Assembly (NCBI GenBank): GCA_007127715.1
Contig: SKYU01000004.1
Span: forward strand, 681 to 64,680
Length of the DNA: 64,000 nucleotides
From: Gammaproteobacteria bacterium
GTDB lineage: Bacteria; Pseudomonadota; Gammaproteobacteria; Steroidobacterales; PWYM01
Direction: 5' to 3'
Part shown: piece after piece, positions 27,397 through 36,725 of the stretch
Numbering within the stretch: position 1 is the stretch's first letter
Layout: each line of letters opens with the position of its first letter
Position numbers and translations under genes: made by a program
The notes under the pieces: generated by a model
Told to the model about the DNA's origin: nothing
The model's database searches: none
Seen by the model: only the letters and a program-made list of their open reading frames with translations

Positions 27397-28647
27397 ATGG
27401 ATCTGTCAGCTTTCGGTCGGCGCTACGCCCGGCATACCGGCGCGCTCGAGCTCATGGAGGATCTCGGCGCCGCCATGGCGCGCGGCGGGGTGCGCATGCT
27501 CGGCGGCGGTAATCCGGCCCGGATTCCTGAACTCGAAGCCGTATATCGCGAGGAGATGGCACGGGTACTCGAGGAGCCGACACGCTTTCGCCGCATGCTG
27601 GGCAACTACGCCTCGCCCGGCGGCGAGGACCGCTTCCGCGACGCACTTGCGGCGATGCTGAGCACGCAGTACGGCTGGGATCTCGATGCGCGCAACATCG
27701 CCCTGACCTGCGGCAGCCAGACCGGCTTTTTTCAGCTGTTCAATCTGCTGGCCGGTGAGATGCCGGGGGGAGGATACCGGCGTGTTCTGCTGCCGCTCAC
27801 ACCGGAGTACATCGGTTACGGCGACACCGGGATCAGCGAGGGCATGTTCAGTTCACGGCGCCCTGAGATCGATCTGCAGGAAGCGCGCATGTTCAAGTAC
27901 CGCGTCGATTTCGATGCGCTGCAACCCGGCGACGATACGGCAGCAATCTGCGTCTCCCGGCCCACCAACCCGACGGGGAATGTCCTGACCGATGAGGAGA
28001 TGACCCGGCTGGCCGGGATCGCGCGCGCCCGCGGGGTACCGCTCATCGTCGACAATGCCTACGGGCTGCCCTTCCCCCGTATCGTTTTCACCGATATCAA
28101 CCTGCATTGGGACGACAACATCATCCTGTGCATGAGTCTGTCCAAGATCGGCCTGCCGGCCGTGCGCTGCGGTATCGTCATCGCGCGACGGGAGATCGTG
28201 GAAGCACTCACCGCAATGAACGCGGTGATGAGCCTTGCGGTGCCGAGTGTGGGGCCGGTGCTGCTGGAGCGGCTGCTGGCCAATGGCGAACTGCTCCGAC
28301 TGAGCCGTGAGGTGATCTGCCCCTGGTACCAGCAGCGTGCCGAGCGCGCGGTGACCTGGGTGCACGAGTCGCTGGAAGGCTGCGACTACCGCATTCACCA
28401 GCCTGAGGGCGCACTGTTTCTGTGGCTGTGGTTTCCCGGGTTGCCGATTTCCAGCCAGGTGCTCTACGAACGCCTCAAGGCGCGAGGGGTGCTGGTGCTC
28501 TCCGGGCATTATTTTTTCCCCGGTCTGGACGCCCAGGACTGGCGCCACAGGCACGAGTGCATCCGGGTCACCTATTCCCAGGACGAGGCTACGGTGCGCG
28601 AGGGGATTCGTATCATCGCCGAGGAGGTCCGCGCGGCGGCGGGCTGA
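27397..28647 (+). CDS. avtA: Valine-pyruvate aminotransferase (class I PLP aminotransferase)
   Basis: LMEDLGAAM...MLGGGNPARIPEL...VSRPTNPTGNVLTDEE...VDNAYGLPFP...SLSKIGLPAVRCGIVIA (PLP lysine) closely resembles AvtA. The track ORF start at 27037 is an extension. Confidence 0.85.
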   Translation: MDLSAFGRRYARHTGALELMEDLGAAMARGGVRMLGGGNPARIPELEAVYREEMARVLEEPTRFRRMLGNYASPGGEDRFRDALAAMLSTQYGWDLDARNIALTCGSQTGFFQLFNLLAGEMPGGGYRRVLLPLTPEYIGYGDTGISEGMFSSRRPEIDLQEARMFKYRVDFDALQPGDDTAAICVSRPTNPTGNVLTDEEMTRLAGIARARGVPLIVDNAYGLPFPRIVFTDINLHWDDNIILCMSLSKIGLPAVRCGIVIARREIVEALTAMNAVMSLAVPSVGPVLLERLLANGELLRLSREVICPWYQQRAERAVTWVHESLEGCDYRIHQPEGALFLWLWFPGLPISSQVLYERLKARGVLVLSGHYFFPGLDAQDWRHRHECIRVTYSQDEATVREGIRIIAEEVRAAAG

Positions 28648-28654
28648 TGCGACA

Positions 28655-29518
28655 GTGATGGAGCGGCGGTATTCTTCAGTCTCTGGCGCGGGGCTTCCTG
28701 GGCGCGCCGGACTGCTGCCGCTGGTCTTGTGCGCGCTGGCGCTTGCGGCCTGCACGTCGGCGCCGAGGATCGACACCCGCTACAGTGCCGAGAGTCAGGG
28801 CAGCCGCGTCCAGTTCATCATTCTCCACTTCACCTGGGATGACTGGGAGAATTCCCTGCGGATCCTGACCGAGGGACCGGTGAGCAGCCACTATCTGGTG
28901 CGTGACGACCCGGTGCGGATCTATCGCCTGGTTGACGAGTCCCAGCGCGCCTTTCATGCGGGCGAAAGTGCCTGGAAGGGCCACGGCTCGCTGAATGCCG
29001 CTTCCATCGGTATCGAGATCGTCAATGCCGGGAATCGTCTGGCCGAGGAGGGGATCGACTGGCAGCCCTACCCCGATGCGCAGATCGATGCCGTGATCGA
29101 GCTGGTGCGCTGGATCGCCGAGCGCCATGGGGTACGTCCGGAGAATATCCTGGGCCATAGTGATATCGCTCCCCAGCGCAAGGTCGATCCGGGTCCGCGC
29201 TTTCCCTGGCACCGCTTTGCCGAAGCGGGCCTGATTCCCTGGCCCGACGACACGGCCGTGCAGGCCAGGCGGGCTGCCTTCGAGACCGTGCTGCCCGACG
29301 TCGCCTGGTTCCAGGACAGGCTGGCCGGGCACGGCTACCGCGTGCCCCGGCATGGCATGCTCGACGAGGAGACCCGCCGGGTGATCGCAGCCTTCCAGAT
29401 GCGCTATCGTCCGACCCGTCATGACGGCAGCCCCGATGCAGAGACCGCTGCCATCCTGGCGGTGCTCACCTCTTCTTCCGACCTGCGCTCGCCAGAGCTC
29501 CCGGCTGAGGCAGATTGA
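28655..29518 (+). CDS. amiD: N-acetylmuramoyl-L-alanine amidase lipoprotein (Amidase_2 plus peptidoglycan-binding domain), AmiD-like
   Basis: Lipobox LALAACTS. FIILHFT...HYLV...RAFHAGES.W...NAASIGIEIVN...GHSDIAPQRKVDPGPRFPW. C-terminal PG_binding-like RVIAAFQMRYRP. Confidence 0.85.
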   Translation: MMERRYSSVSGAGLPGRAGLLPLVLCALALAACTSAPRIDTRYSAESQGSRVQFIILHFTWDDWENSLRILTEGPVSSHYLVRDDPVRIYRLVDESQRAFHAGESAWKGHGSLNAASIGIEIVNAGNRLAEEGIDWQPYPDAQIDAVIELVRWIAERHGVRPENILGHSDIAPQRKVDPGPRFPWHRFAEAGLIPWPDDTAVQARRAAFETVLPDVAWFQDRLAGHGYRVPRHGMLDEETRRVIAAFQMRYRPTRHDGSPDAETAAILAVLTSSSDLRSPELPAEAD

Positions 29519-30603
29519 TGGCCGCACCGACGACTCCGGCGTCTCACGGCACGGTGACGGTGGTGCTCGCCGCGCATGGCGAGGCGGAGACTGCCGGGTT
29601 TCTCGAGAACTTCATGGTGGGTCACCGCACGCTTGGCCATGTCAGCGAGGTGGTCGCTCTGCCGGCGCCCGTGCGCTGGGCGATCTGCCTGCTCGCTGCG
29701 GCACGCAAGCGGCTGGGTGGGGGCACGGGCTCGCCCCACAACGCCCTGACGCGGCGGCAGGCGCAGGCCCTTGAGGCTCAGCTGGCGGCTGGCGCCGGGG
29801 CGATCCCCTGCCAGGTCGTGCCGGCCTTCGGGTCTTCGTTGCCGCTGCTTGAAGACGTTGTCGCAGAGATGGCGACCGGCTCCCTGACGGTCGTCGTATC
29901 CATGACGCCCATCGACTCGCGTCTGGCCTGCGGGCGGCTCTGCCACGAGCTTGCGGCACACGCGGTGGATGCAGCCGGCCCCGGGTCGGCAGGCGGCGTC
30001 GGGGCCGCGGGCCAGGTGCGCGTTCTCGCCCGGTTATGGGAGGACCGGGCCTTCGTCGCGGTGAACGTCGATCACGTGTTCACGCAGCTCGAACTGCCTG
30101 AGAACTCGGAACGCTGCGCGCTGGTGCTGGTGATGCATGGCACCCTGGTGCGCGACACACGCGGCCAGACGCCGGATTTTCATACTGGCATGGCCGAGGC
30201 CACCGCTTACGCCGGGCGTCTGCGCGAGGCTTTCGCGACCGACCCCAGGAGCCCGTTCACCCGCATCGAGGTCGCACACCTGAACCACGATGTCGGTGGT
30301 GAATGGACGCGCCCCACGCTCCAGGAGGTGCTGCAACGGCTGGCCGGAGAGGGCGTTGATGCCGTGGCCGCCTATCCCTGCGAGTACCTGGTCGAAGGCA
30401 GCGACACGGTGGGCAAGGTGGCCGACGCCCTCGCGGCCAGCCCCATCCGCCGGACGCAGCGACTGGCATGCCTGAACGATGCACCGGCATTCATCGACTT
30501 CCTCGCCCAGCGGGTGCTGGCGCTGGCGGGTCCGGATGCCGATATCGCCGCCCGTCGCTGCGATGCCTGTCCTCTGGGTCGCGACCGGAAGGCGGGCGGC
30601 TGA
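29518..30603 (+). CDS. Divergent ferrochelatase / class II chelatase family protein
   Basis: Two-lobed pattern. VVLAAHGEAET...RKRLGGGTGSPHNALTRRQAQALEAQL is like the ferrochelatase R..Y..IGG.SPL..T..Q pattern. The second lobe carries LVLVMHGTL and AYPCEYLVEGSDTV. The ATG overlaps the amiD TGA (TGATG). Confidence 0.5.
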   Translation: MAAPTTPASHGTVTVVLAAHGEAETAGFLENFMVGHRTLGHVSEVVALPAPVRWAICLLAAARKRLGGGTGSPHNALTRRQAQALEAQLAAGAGAIPCQVVPAFGSSLPLLEDVVAEMATGSLTVVVSMTPIDSRLACGRLCHELAAHAVDAAGPGSAGGVGAAGQVRVLARLWEDRAFVAVNVDHVFTQLELPENSERCALVLVMHGTLVRDTRGQTPDFHTGMAEATAYAGRLREAFATDPRSPFTRIEVAHLNHDVGGEWTRPTLQEVLQRLAGEGVDAVAAYPCEYLVEGSDTVGKVADALAASPIRRTQRLACLNDAPAFIDFLAQRVLALAGPDADIAARRCDACPLGRDRKAGG

Positions 30604-30705
30604 CATGTCCTGACGCCGGAGCGTGCTCATCCGTACTTTTCCTGATGTCCCTGATACCTCGGTCTGGTCATAGTCTTGGACACGACCAGAGATACGGAGC
30701 GCGTG

Positions 30706-31095
30706 ATGATTACCCTCAACGTCAATCCCGACAACATCGAGCGGCTGATCCTGCTCGGCCGGGAGTTCCACGCGCAGGATACGGTGGTGATTCCCGAAGA
30801 ACCGGTCGGGCCTTCCGATGAAGGCGCGCGCCAGATGCTCTCTCATCGCCGGGGCGACATGTCGCTCGACGAGTTCCGCTCGATCATCGAGGATCTCGAA
30901 CCCGACCAGCAGGCCGAGGTGGTGGCCGTGATGTGGGTCGGCCGCGGGGACTATGACCCCGACGAGTGGGAGGAAGTCCTGCAGCAGGCCCAGGAACAGT
31001 GGACCCCCTGGACCGCCGATTACCTGATCGCCCATCCCCTGCTTCCGCACTACCTGTCCGAGGGGCTGGAGTCGCTGGGCTACGACGTCGACTGA
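30706..31095 (+). CDS. DUF3775 family protein
   Basis: MITLNVNPDNIERLILLGREFHA...EFRSIIEDLEPDQQAEVVAVMWVGRGDY...ADYLIAHPLLPHYLSEGL. GGAG RBS before ATG 30706. Confidence 0.7.
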   Translation: MITLNVNPDNIERLILLGREFHAQDTVVIPEEPVGPSDEGARQMLSHRRGDMSLDEFRSIIEDLEPDQQAEVVAVMWVGRGDYDPDEWEEVLQQAQEQWTPWTADYLIAHPLLPHYLSEGLESLGYDVD

Positions 31096-31110
31096 AGCGG
31101 GGCGAGCGGT

Positions 31111-31902
31111 TCAGCAGGGGGTATCGTCGGTCGTGCCGACCCGTGACCCCCCGTGGCGCAGGCTTTCAGGCAGCGCCTGTGGCCAGTCGATGCCGGGCTT
31201 CGCCAGCGCGCGCAGCCGCCGGCGCGAGAGGATCTGCCAGCTTCCCCCATGACGGTGGAGCACCCCTTCGCGCTCTAGACCACAGAGTGTCCGGCTGACA
31301 TGCACCACGCTCAGCCCGGTCGCGTCCGCGATCAGGTCCTGTGATAGCGGCATGCGATAGACCCGCGGCGGGCCGTCGGCGATCAGGTCCAGGCGGCGGG
31401 CCAGTTCCCATACCAGTCCTGCGACACGCTCACGGGCGTCCAGCCGGCCCACCGCGAGCAGATGGCTGCGCATCAACGCTGCATGCTGTGCAGCCATCCA
31501 CCACAGGCAAAGCCCCAGTCCGGGGGCGCGGCGAAGAGCATCCATGAGGAGGTCGGGGGCCACGCGGACGTACTGCACCGCGGTGATCGCGAGCACGCTC
31601 GAGTCCGCCCGTCGTGTCACGAAACTTCCCGGGTCACACATGTCGCCGGGCAGCAGGAATTCCATGATCTGGCGTCGCCCGTCCGGCAGGCTACGTTCGC
31701 GCATGGCCCAGCCCGAGCACAGCAGCAGGGCGGCGCGACCGCTGTCACCCTCCCGCAGCAGACAGGTCCCGGCGTCGGCCTGGCGGCGGTCGCGCGTCAG
31801 CAGGGCCAGCGCCGCGAGGTCGTCCGGGCCGGGATCGACGAATTTCCGCAGGCGGCGGAGCAGGGGCGGGCAGGGGCTTTCGACGGGCGTGTCAGCAAGC
31901 AT
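31111..31902 (-). CDS. Crp/Fnr family transcriptional regulator
   Basis: cNMP-binding-like beta-roll (LLREGDSGRAALLLCSGWAMRERSLPDGRRQIMEFLLPGD). C-terminal HTH LSQDLIADATGLSVVHVSRTLCGLEREGVL. Confidence 0.8.
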   Translation of the reverse strand: MLADTPVESPCPPLLRRLRKFVDPGPDDLAALALLTRDRRQADAGTCLLREGDSGRAALLLCSGWAMRERSLPDGRRQIMEFLLPGDMCDPGSFVTRRADSSVLAITAVQYVRVAPDLLMDALRRAPGLGLCLWWMAAQHAALMRSHLLAVGRLDARERVAGLVWELARRLDLIADGPPRVYRMPLSQDLIADATGLSVVHVSRTLCGLEREGVLHRHGGSWQILSRRRLRALAKPGIDWPQALPESLRHGGSRVGTTDDTPC

Positions 31903-31931
31903 CGTCCAGCGTCCGGCATCGGCCCTGGATT

Positions 31932-31943
31932 TAACCCAGGTTA
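31932..31943. promoter_or_regulatory. Palindrome TAACC-ca-GGTTA in the divergent crp-like/PilZ intergenic region
   Basis: Read directly from the sequence. It lies 30 bp upstream of the Crp/Fnr-like start (31902) and 100 bp upstream of the PilZ ATG. Confidence 0.25.
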
Positions 31944-32042
31944 TGGCAACTGCAGGGCCGTACTCCCAGTATTAAGGCTTGTCGGCACCGTGTACAGGGC
32001 AGCTGTGTTGCAGCCCTTGCGGTCGTGTCGGGGGGAGGAGGC

Positions 32043-32477
32043 ATGGAACACCGCTGCGGTGCACGTTGCGCGGTCCGCTACCCGGTACTGCTGGCCACGG
32101 GTGCGCACGCCCCGCCCGTTCAGGCCCTGACACGGAACCTGGCTCCGGGAGGCGCGCTGCTCGGCGATCTTTCCCGGCCGCTCGGTCGCCATCAGCAGGT
32201 GGAACTGATTGTCCACACGCCACGCGCTCCGCTCACCCACTGGCGCTGGCCTGCGATGGTGCTGCGGGCCGACGCGGGTGGCGTGGCGCTCATGTTCGAC
32301 ACCCTGTATCTGGACGATTTCCCCCAGCTGCTGGCGGCCATGCGTACCGCGGAACTGAACTGGCGTTGGACGCCGGTCAGGCCGCTGCCACTGGCCGTGC
32401 CGCAGGCCACTCACCCTCCAGCATGGCCCGGCTGTGAGGCAGCGCCTCCGGATGGCTGGCGGCAAGCCAGTCAATAA
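32043..32477 (+). CDS. PilZ domain protein
   Basis: GGAGGAGG RBS before ATG 32043. RxxxR motif (HRCGAR) followed by a D/NxSxxG-like TRNLAPGGALL. The last 101 bp overlap the convergent MscS-like gene. Confidence 0.6.
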   Translation: MEHRCGARCAVRYPVLLATGAHAPPVQALTRNLAPGGALLGDLSRPLGRHQQVELIVHTPRAPLTHWRWPAMVLRADAGGVALMFDTLYLDDFPQLLAAMRTAELNWRWTPVRPLPLAVPQATHPPAWPGCEAAPPDGWRQASQ

Positions 32478-33453
32478 GCGCCTCGCGCAGGAAACACCGC
32501 AGGTTCCAGGCCCGGCCCGAGTCGCCTGCGGAAATCAGCACCCGCACGACCACCTCGCGTGGCGTGGTATCGACGACCTGGACGCCGCAGACCTCGCCGT
32601 CCCAGTCGGGGTGATCCTTCACCAGGCGTTCTGTCTCGTGCCGCAACGCCTCGACGGGCACACGGTAATCCAGATGCAGCATCACGCTGCCCAGGATCTT
32701 CGACTCGGTGCGCGTCCAGTTCTGGAACGGGCGGTCGAGGAAATGACTGATTGGCACGATCAGGCGTCGCCGGTCCCAGATCGCGACGACAACGTAGGTC
32801 AGGGTGATCTCCTCGATGCGCCCCCACTCACCTTCGACGATCACCACGTCGTCCATGCGGATCGGCTGGGTGAAGGCCACCAGGAAACCTGCGATCAGGT
32901 TGGACAGCGTGCGTTGCGCAGCCAGGCCGATCACCAGACCGGCGAGGCCGGCTGAAGCCAGCAGCCCGGTGCCGAGTTCACGCAGGCGTTCGAAACTCAT
33001 CAGGATGATCACCAGGGCCAGCAGGGAGACTGCGATCGCCGCGATCTGCCGGATCACCCGCAGCTGTGTCTGCATGCGCCGTGCGCGGAGGTTGTCGGCT
33101 TTCTCCACTCCGAGCCGGGAGACGATCACGTCCTCGGCGACCCGCAGGAGGCGAACCAGCAGCCAGGCCAGCAGCACGACCTGGAGGACCCAGGCGACCT
33201 GTTGGGCGGGAGAGAGCCACTCGGGCGGCACGGCCAGAGGCAACACGAACTGCAGCAGCGCGATCGAAAGTACCCAGCCCAGGGGCCCGGCAGCGCGCTC
33301 GTTCACCGCACGCAGCAGGGTGACCTGGTTGCGACCCGCGCGCCAGCGCAGAAGGCCCTGGAGCAGGGTCCGGAGCAGATAGCCGCCGACCAGCGCGCCG
33401 GCCAGCAGGGTCAGCGACTGGGCCCAGAACGGCAGGGTGTCGAGAGTTGGCAT
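32377..33453 (-). CDS. Small-conductance mechanosensitive channel family protein (MscS-like)
   Basis: TM3 and beta-domain signature GLAGLVIGLAAQRTLSNLIAGFLVAFTQPIRMDDVVIVEGEWGRIEEITLTYVVV. Start set at ATG 33453 (MPTLDTL). Confidence 0.85.
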   Translation of the reverse strand: MPTLDTLPFWAQSLTLLAGALVGGYLLRTLLQGLLRWRAGRNQVTLLRAVNERAAGPLGWVLSIALLQFVLPLAVPPEWLSPAQQVAWVLQVVLLAWLLVRLLRVAEDVIVSRLGVEKADNLRARRMQTQLRVIRQIAAIAVSLLALVIILMSFERLRELGTGLLASAGLAGLVIGLAAQRTLSNLIAGFLVAFTQPIRMDDVVIVEGEWGRIEEITLTYVVVAIWDRRRLIVPISHFLDRPFQNWTRTESKILGSVMLHLDYRVPVEALRHETERLVKDHPDWDGEVCGVQVVDTTPREVVVRVLISAGDSGRAWNLRCFLREALIDWLAASHPEALPHSRAMLEGEWPAARPVAAA

Positions 33454-33546
33454 GTGGGGTCTCCCCGGGTTTCGGTCCTGTCTTCTACCCAAGCGTACTC
33501 GCCGCGGCTTTGCAAGTTCACGGGACCGGGCGTCTCCGTGGGGCGC

Positions 33547-33747
33547 ATGCGGTTGACCGATCCGCGTCTGGGCGCGACCCAGTTCTCGGCGTATATGGGG
33601 GCGATCAACGGCTGCGAGGCCTGGGCGGGCCTCACCGCGGGTCAGCTTGCCGAGCGCTTCGATTACCCGGTGGGATTCGTCGCCGTGGCCCTGCTGTCGC
33701 TGCTTGCGCTGCCGCTGCTCTGGCGGCTGCGCATGAGCAGCCGGTAG
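33547..33747 (+). pseudogene. C-terminal remnant (about 66 codons) of an AmpG/PAT-type MFS transporter gene
   Basis: The translation RLTDPRLGATQFSAYMGAINGCEAWAGLTAGQLAERFDYPVGFVAVALLSLLALPLLW matches only the last two TM helices of AmpG-like MFS proteins. No upstream body exists, because the MscS start lies 94 bp away on the other strand. Confidence 0.5.
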
Positions 33748-36725
33748 AGCACGGGGACCACCAGCAGGGTCAGTGCGCTGGAGGCGATCAGCCCCGAGAT
33801 GATCGCCCAGGCCATGGGCGGCCAGAGCGTGGACTGAGTGAAGGTCAGCGGCAGCAGGCCGGCGACGGTGGTCGTGGTCGTCAGCAGGATCGGGCGCGTG
33901 CGGCGCAGTACCGCCTCGGCGATGGCCTCGGCGGGCGTGAGCCCCTCACGTCGCCGGGTCTCGGCCACGTCCACCATCACGATGGCGTTGTTGACAACGA
34001 TACCGACGAGCGCGACCACCCCGAGCAGCGCCGTGAAACCGAACGGCTGACCCGCGATCAGCAGGCCTGGGATGACGCCGATCGCCGCCAGCGGAACGGT
34101 GGCGAGCACGATGGCGACCAGGCGGAAGGAATTGAACTGCCAGAGCAGAAACACCAGCAGCAGCAGGAGGCCGATGGGCAGGCTCCGGAACAGGGCGCTG
34201 TTCGCCTCACCCGCCTCCTCGGCCGCGCCGCCGAGGGCCAGTTCCACACCCTCGGGCAGCGGCAGGGTCGCGAGCCTGGGCATCAGCCTGTCCAGCACCT
34301 GGGCGTAGGTTACCCCGTCCTCGGTCTCGGCCAGCACCTGGGTCATGCGTCTCAGGTCCCTGTGCTCGATGACCGCCGGCTGATACACCAGCCTGGGGTG
34401 GACGAACTGCGTGACCGGGAGCGCAGCGCCCTGCGGTGTGACCAGGGTCAGGCCAGCCAGGGACGCCAGCGAGAGACGGTCGCCTTCCTGTGTGCGCAGC
34501 TGCATCGGCACGGGTTCGCGCCCGGCGCGCCACAGGGAAGCCGTCTCTCCCAGCGTGGCACCGGCAAGCGCCGCCCGGATGTCCCCGCGGGCCAGTCCAT
34601 GGCGTGCCGCCTCGGCGTCGTCGATGTCCAGCGCCAGGACCGGCATGCCTGTGCCCAGACGGTGGCGGACGTCGACGGCACCCGGGGTGGCCCGAAGCTC
34701 CCGCATCAGCAGTTCGACCGCGACTTCCAGATCAGCGGTGCTGCGGCCGTAGACCAGGATTTCGACCGCCGCTTCCAGCGGTGGGCCCTGGCCGAGGCGT
34801 CTGGGGGTGACCTGCGCGTCGGGCAGCAGCGTGGGCGCCAGCTGTCGCACGTGCTGCACCAGTGCAGGCAGGTCGCGATCGGTTGGGGTCGTGAGCACCA
34901 GCCGGGCACGGTGGGGCACCGCTGGAATCTGCATCAGGTTGTAATAGAAACGCGGTCCGCTGAACCCGGCGAACACCTGGACGTCCGCCACGGCGGGCTG
35001 CTCGGCGAGCCGTTCGGCGAGGCTGCGGGCGGCGAGGGCGGTGTGTTCTGTCCGAGTCCCCTCCGGCAGGGTCAGGTCTACGACCAGCTGGTTGCGGTCG
35101 GTGTCCGGGAAGAAATCACGGGGCAGCAGGCTGGCCAGCGCCAGACTGAGTCCCAGCAACGCCCCCGCCCCGATCAGTACCATGCCCGGATGCGCGTGGC
35201 CGATCCGCGCCAGCTGTCGGCCGAGGGCGTGGAAGCCGCTGTCGGTGGTCAATGGACGCGGTTTGAGCAGGGCGCCGCCGCCGAGTGGGGTGACGAACAT
35301 GGCGTACAGGTAACTCACCACCAGAATCAGCATCACCATGATCGGCACGTCGCGGGTGAAGTCGGCGGTGTCGCCGCGCGCCAGCAGCAGGGGGGTGAAG
35401 GCGGCGATCGTGGTGCCGGTGGCGGCGGCCAGCGGCCCGGCGAGTTCACGCACCGCGCGGTTGGCCGCCTCACGGCGGCTGGCACCCCGGTCGAGATGCC
35501 ACTGCAGGTTCTCGGCCATCACGATGGCGTTGTCCACCAGCATGCCGAGCGCGATCACCATCCCGGCAATGCCGATCTGATGCAACACCCCGCCACCGAT
35601 CGCGAAGACGCCCAGCGCGCTGAGGGTCACCAGTGGCAGGAGGCTCGCGACGAGCAGGCCGAGGCGCAGGCCCATGAAGGCGAACAGGACGGTGGCCACG
35701 ATCAGTACGCCAACCAGCAGTGTCCGCCCGAGTTCCCGGATTCGCCGCTCCACCCACTGTGGTTGGAAGAACACCTCTTCGATGGCCAGCGGGGCATAGT
35801 CCGGCCGCAGTTCCTCGATCAGCGCACGCAATTCACGTCCCAAGCGCACGGTGTTCAGGCGGTTTTCCGGGATCACCACGCCAAGTGCGATGGCCGGCCG
35901 CCCGTTGCTCCAGATACGTTCGCGCGCGGGTTCGGCCGGGGCCAGCACGATGTCCGTGATTTCGCCCAGCGGGAGCAGCGCGCCTGCGGGTGTGCGGACC
36001 GGGGTGGCCGCCAGTTCCTCGAGCGTGGCGAACGGTCCGGTGGGGGAGATCACCAGGTTGCGGCTGCCAGCGACCAGCAGGCCACCTGGCTGGGTCCGGT
36101 TGGTGACCTCGATCTGCCGGGCCAGTGTCGTGATGTCCAGGCCCAGACTTTCCAACCGGGCCGGATCGACGCGCAACAGCAGCTGTTCACCAGGATCACC
36201 CAGGATTTCCACCCGGCCGATCTCGGGCAGCCGGAAGAGATCCCGGCGCAGCATGCGCGCTGCCTCCAGCAGTTCGAGAAGGTCGTCGCTGCCGGTGATC
36301 GACAGCACCACGCCGTGGCTCTCCATCATCCGGTCATTGATGCGGGGGGTGCCGGCCTCGGCAGGGAACCGCTGCTCGGCCCGCTGCACGGCGACCCGGA
36401 TCCGATCCCACGCGCTGTCGGTGTCGTAGACGTGCTGGTGCATGCTGACGATGAGAAAACCGACCCCCAGCCGCGCCGTGGCGCGGATCTCGCGGACTTC
36501 CTCGACGCTGGCGAGTTCCTCCTCCAACGGCTCGACGATCAGCCGGGCGACGTCTGCCGGTTCCGCCCCGGGCCACTCGACGAGAATCTGTCCGTACCGG
36601 TAGGGAAAAAAAGGATCTTCCTGCCGATCCATGGTGAACCAGGCCACCAGGCCGATGCCGGAGATCAGCAGTACCGCGGCAAACACCAGCCGCCGATGAT
36701 CGAGGGCGGCGAACACCAGGTTCAT
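33663..36725 (-). CDS. RND multidrug efflux permease (AcrB/HAE1-type)
   Basis: 1020 aa with 12 TM helices and two large periplasmic loops. Its start ATG overlaps the MFP stop (ATGA at 36722-25). Confidence 0.9.
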   Translation of the reverse strand: MNLVFAALDHRRLVFAAVLLISGIGLVAWFTMDRQEDPFFPYRYGQILVEWPGAEPADVARLIVEPLEEELASVEEVREIRATARLGVGFLIVSMHQHVYDTDSAWDRIRVAVQRAEQRFPAEAGTPRINDRMMESHGVVLSITGSDDLLELLEAARMLRRDLFRLPEIGRVEILGDPGEQLLLRVDPARLESLGLDITTLARQIEVTNRTQPGGLLVAGSRNLVISPTGPFATLEELAATPVRTPAGALLPLGEITDIVLAPAEPARERIWSNGRPAIALGVVIPENRLNTVRLGRELRALIEELRPDYAPLAIEEVFFQPQWVERRIRELGRTLLVGVLIVATVLFAFMGLRLGLLVASLLPLVTLSALGVFAIGGGVLHQIGIAGMVIALGMLVDNAIVMAENLQWHLDRGASRREAANRAVRELAGPLAAATGTTIAAFTPLLLARGDTADFTRDVPIMVMLILVVSYLYAMFVTPLGGGALLKPRPLTTDSGFHALGRQLARIGHAHPGMVLIGAGALLGLSLALASLLPRDFFPDTDRNQLVVDLTLPEGTRTEHTALAARSLAERLAEQPAVADVQVFAGFSGPRFYYNLMQIPAVPHRARLVLTTPTDRDLPALVQHVRQLAPTLLPDAQVTPRRLGQGPPLEAAVEILVYGRSTADLEVAVELLMRELRATPGAVDVRHRLGTGMPVLALDIDDAEAARHGLARGDIRAALAGATLGETASLWRAGREPVPMQLRTQEGDRLSLASLAGLTLVTPQGAALPVTQFVHPRLVYQPAVIEHRDLRRMTQVLAETEDGVTYAQVLDRLMPRLATLPLPEGVELALGGAAEEAGEANSALFRSLPIGLLLLLVFLLWQFNSFRLVAIVLATVPLAAIGVIPGLLIAGQPFGFTALLGVVALVGIVVNNAIVMVDVAETRRREGLTPAEAIAEAVLRRTRPILLTTTTTVAGLLPLTFTQSTLWPPMAWAIISGLIASSALTLLVVPVLYRLLMRSRQSSGSASSDSRATATNPTG

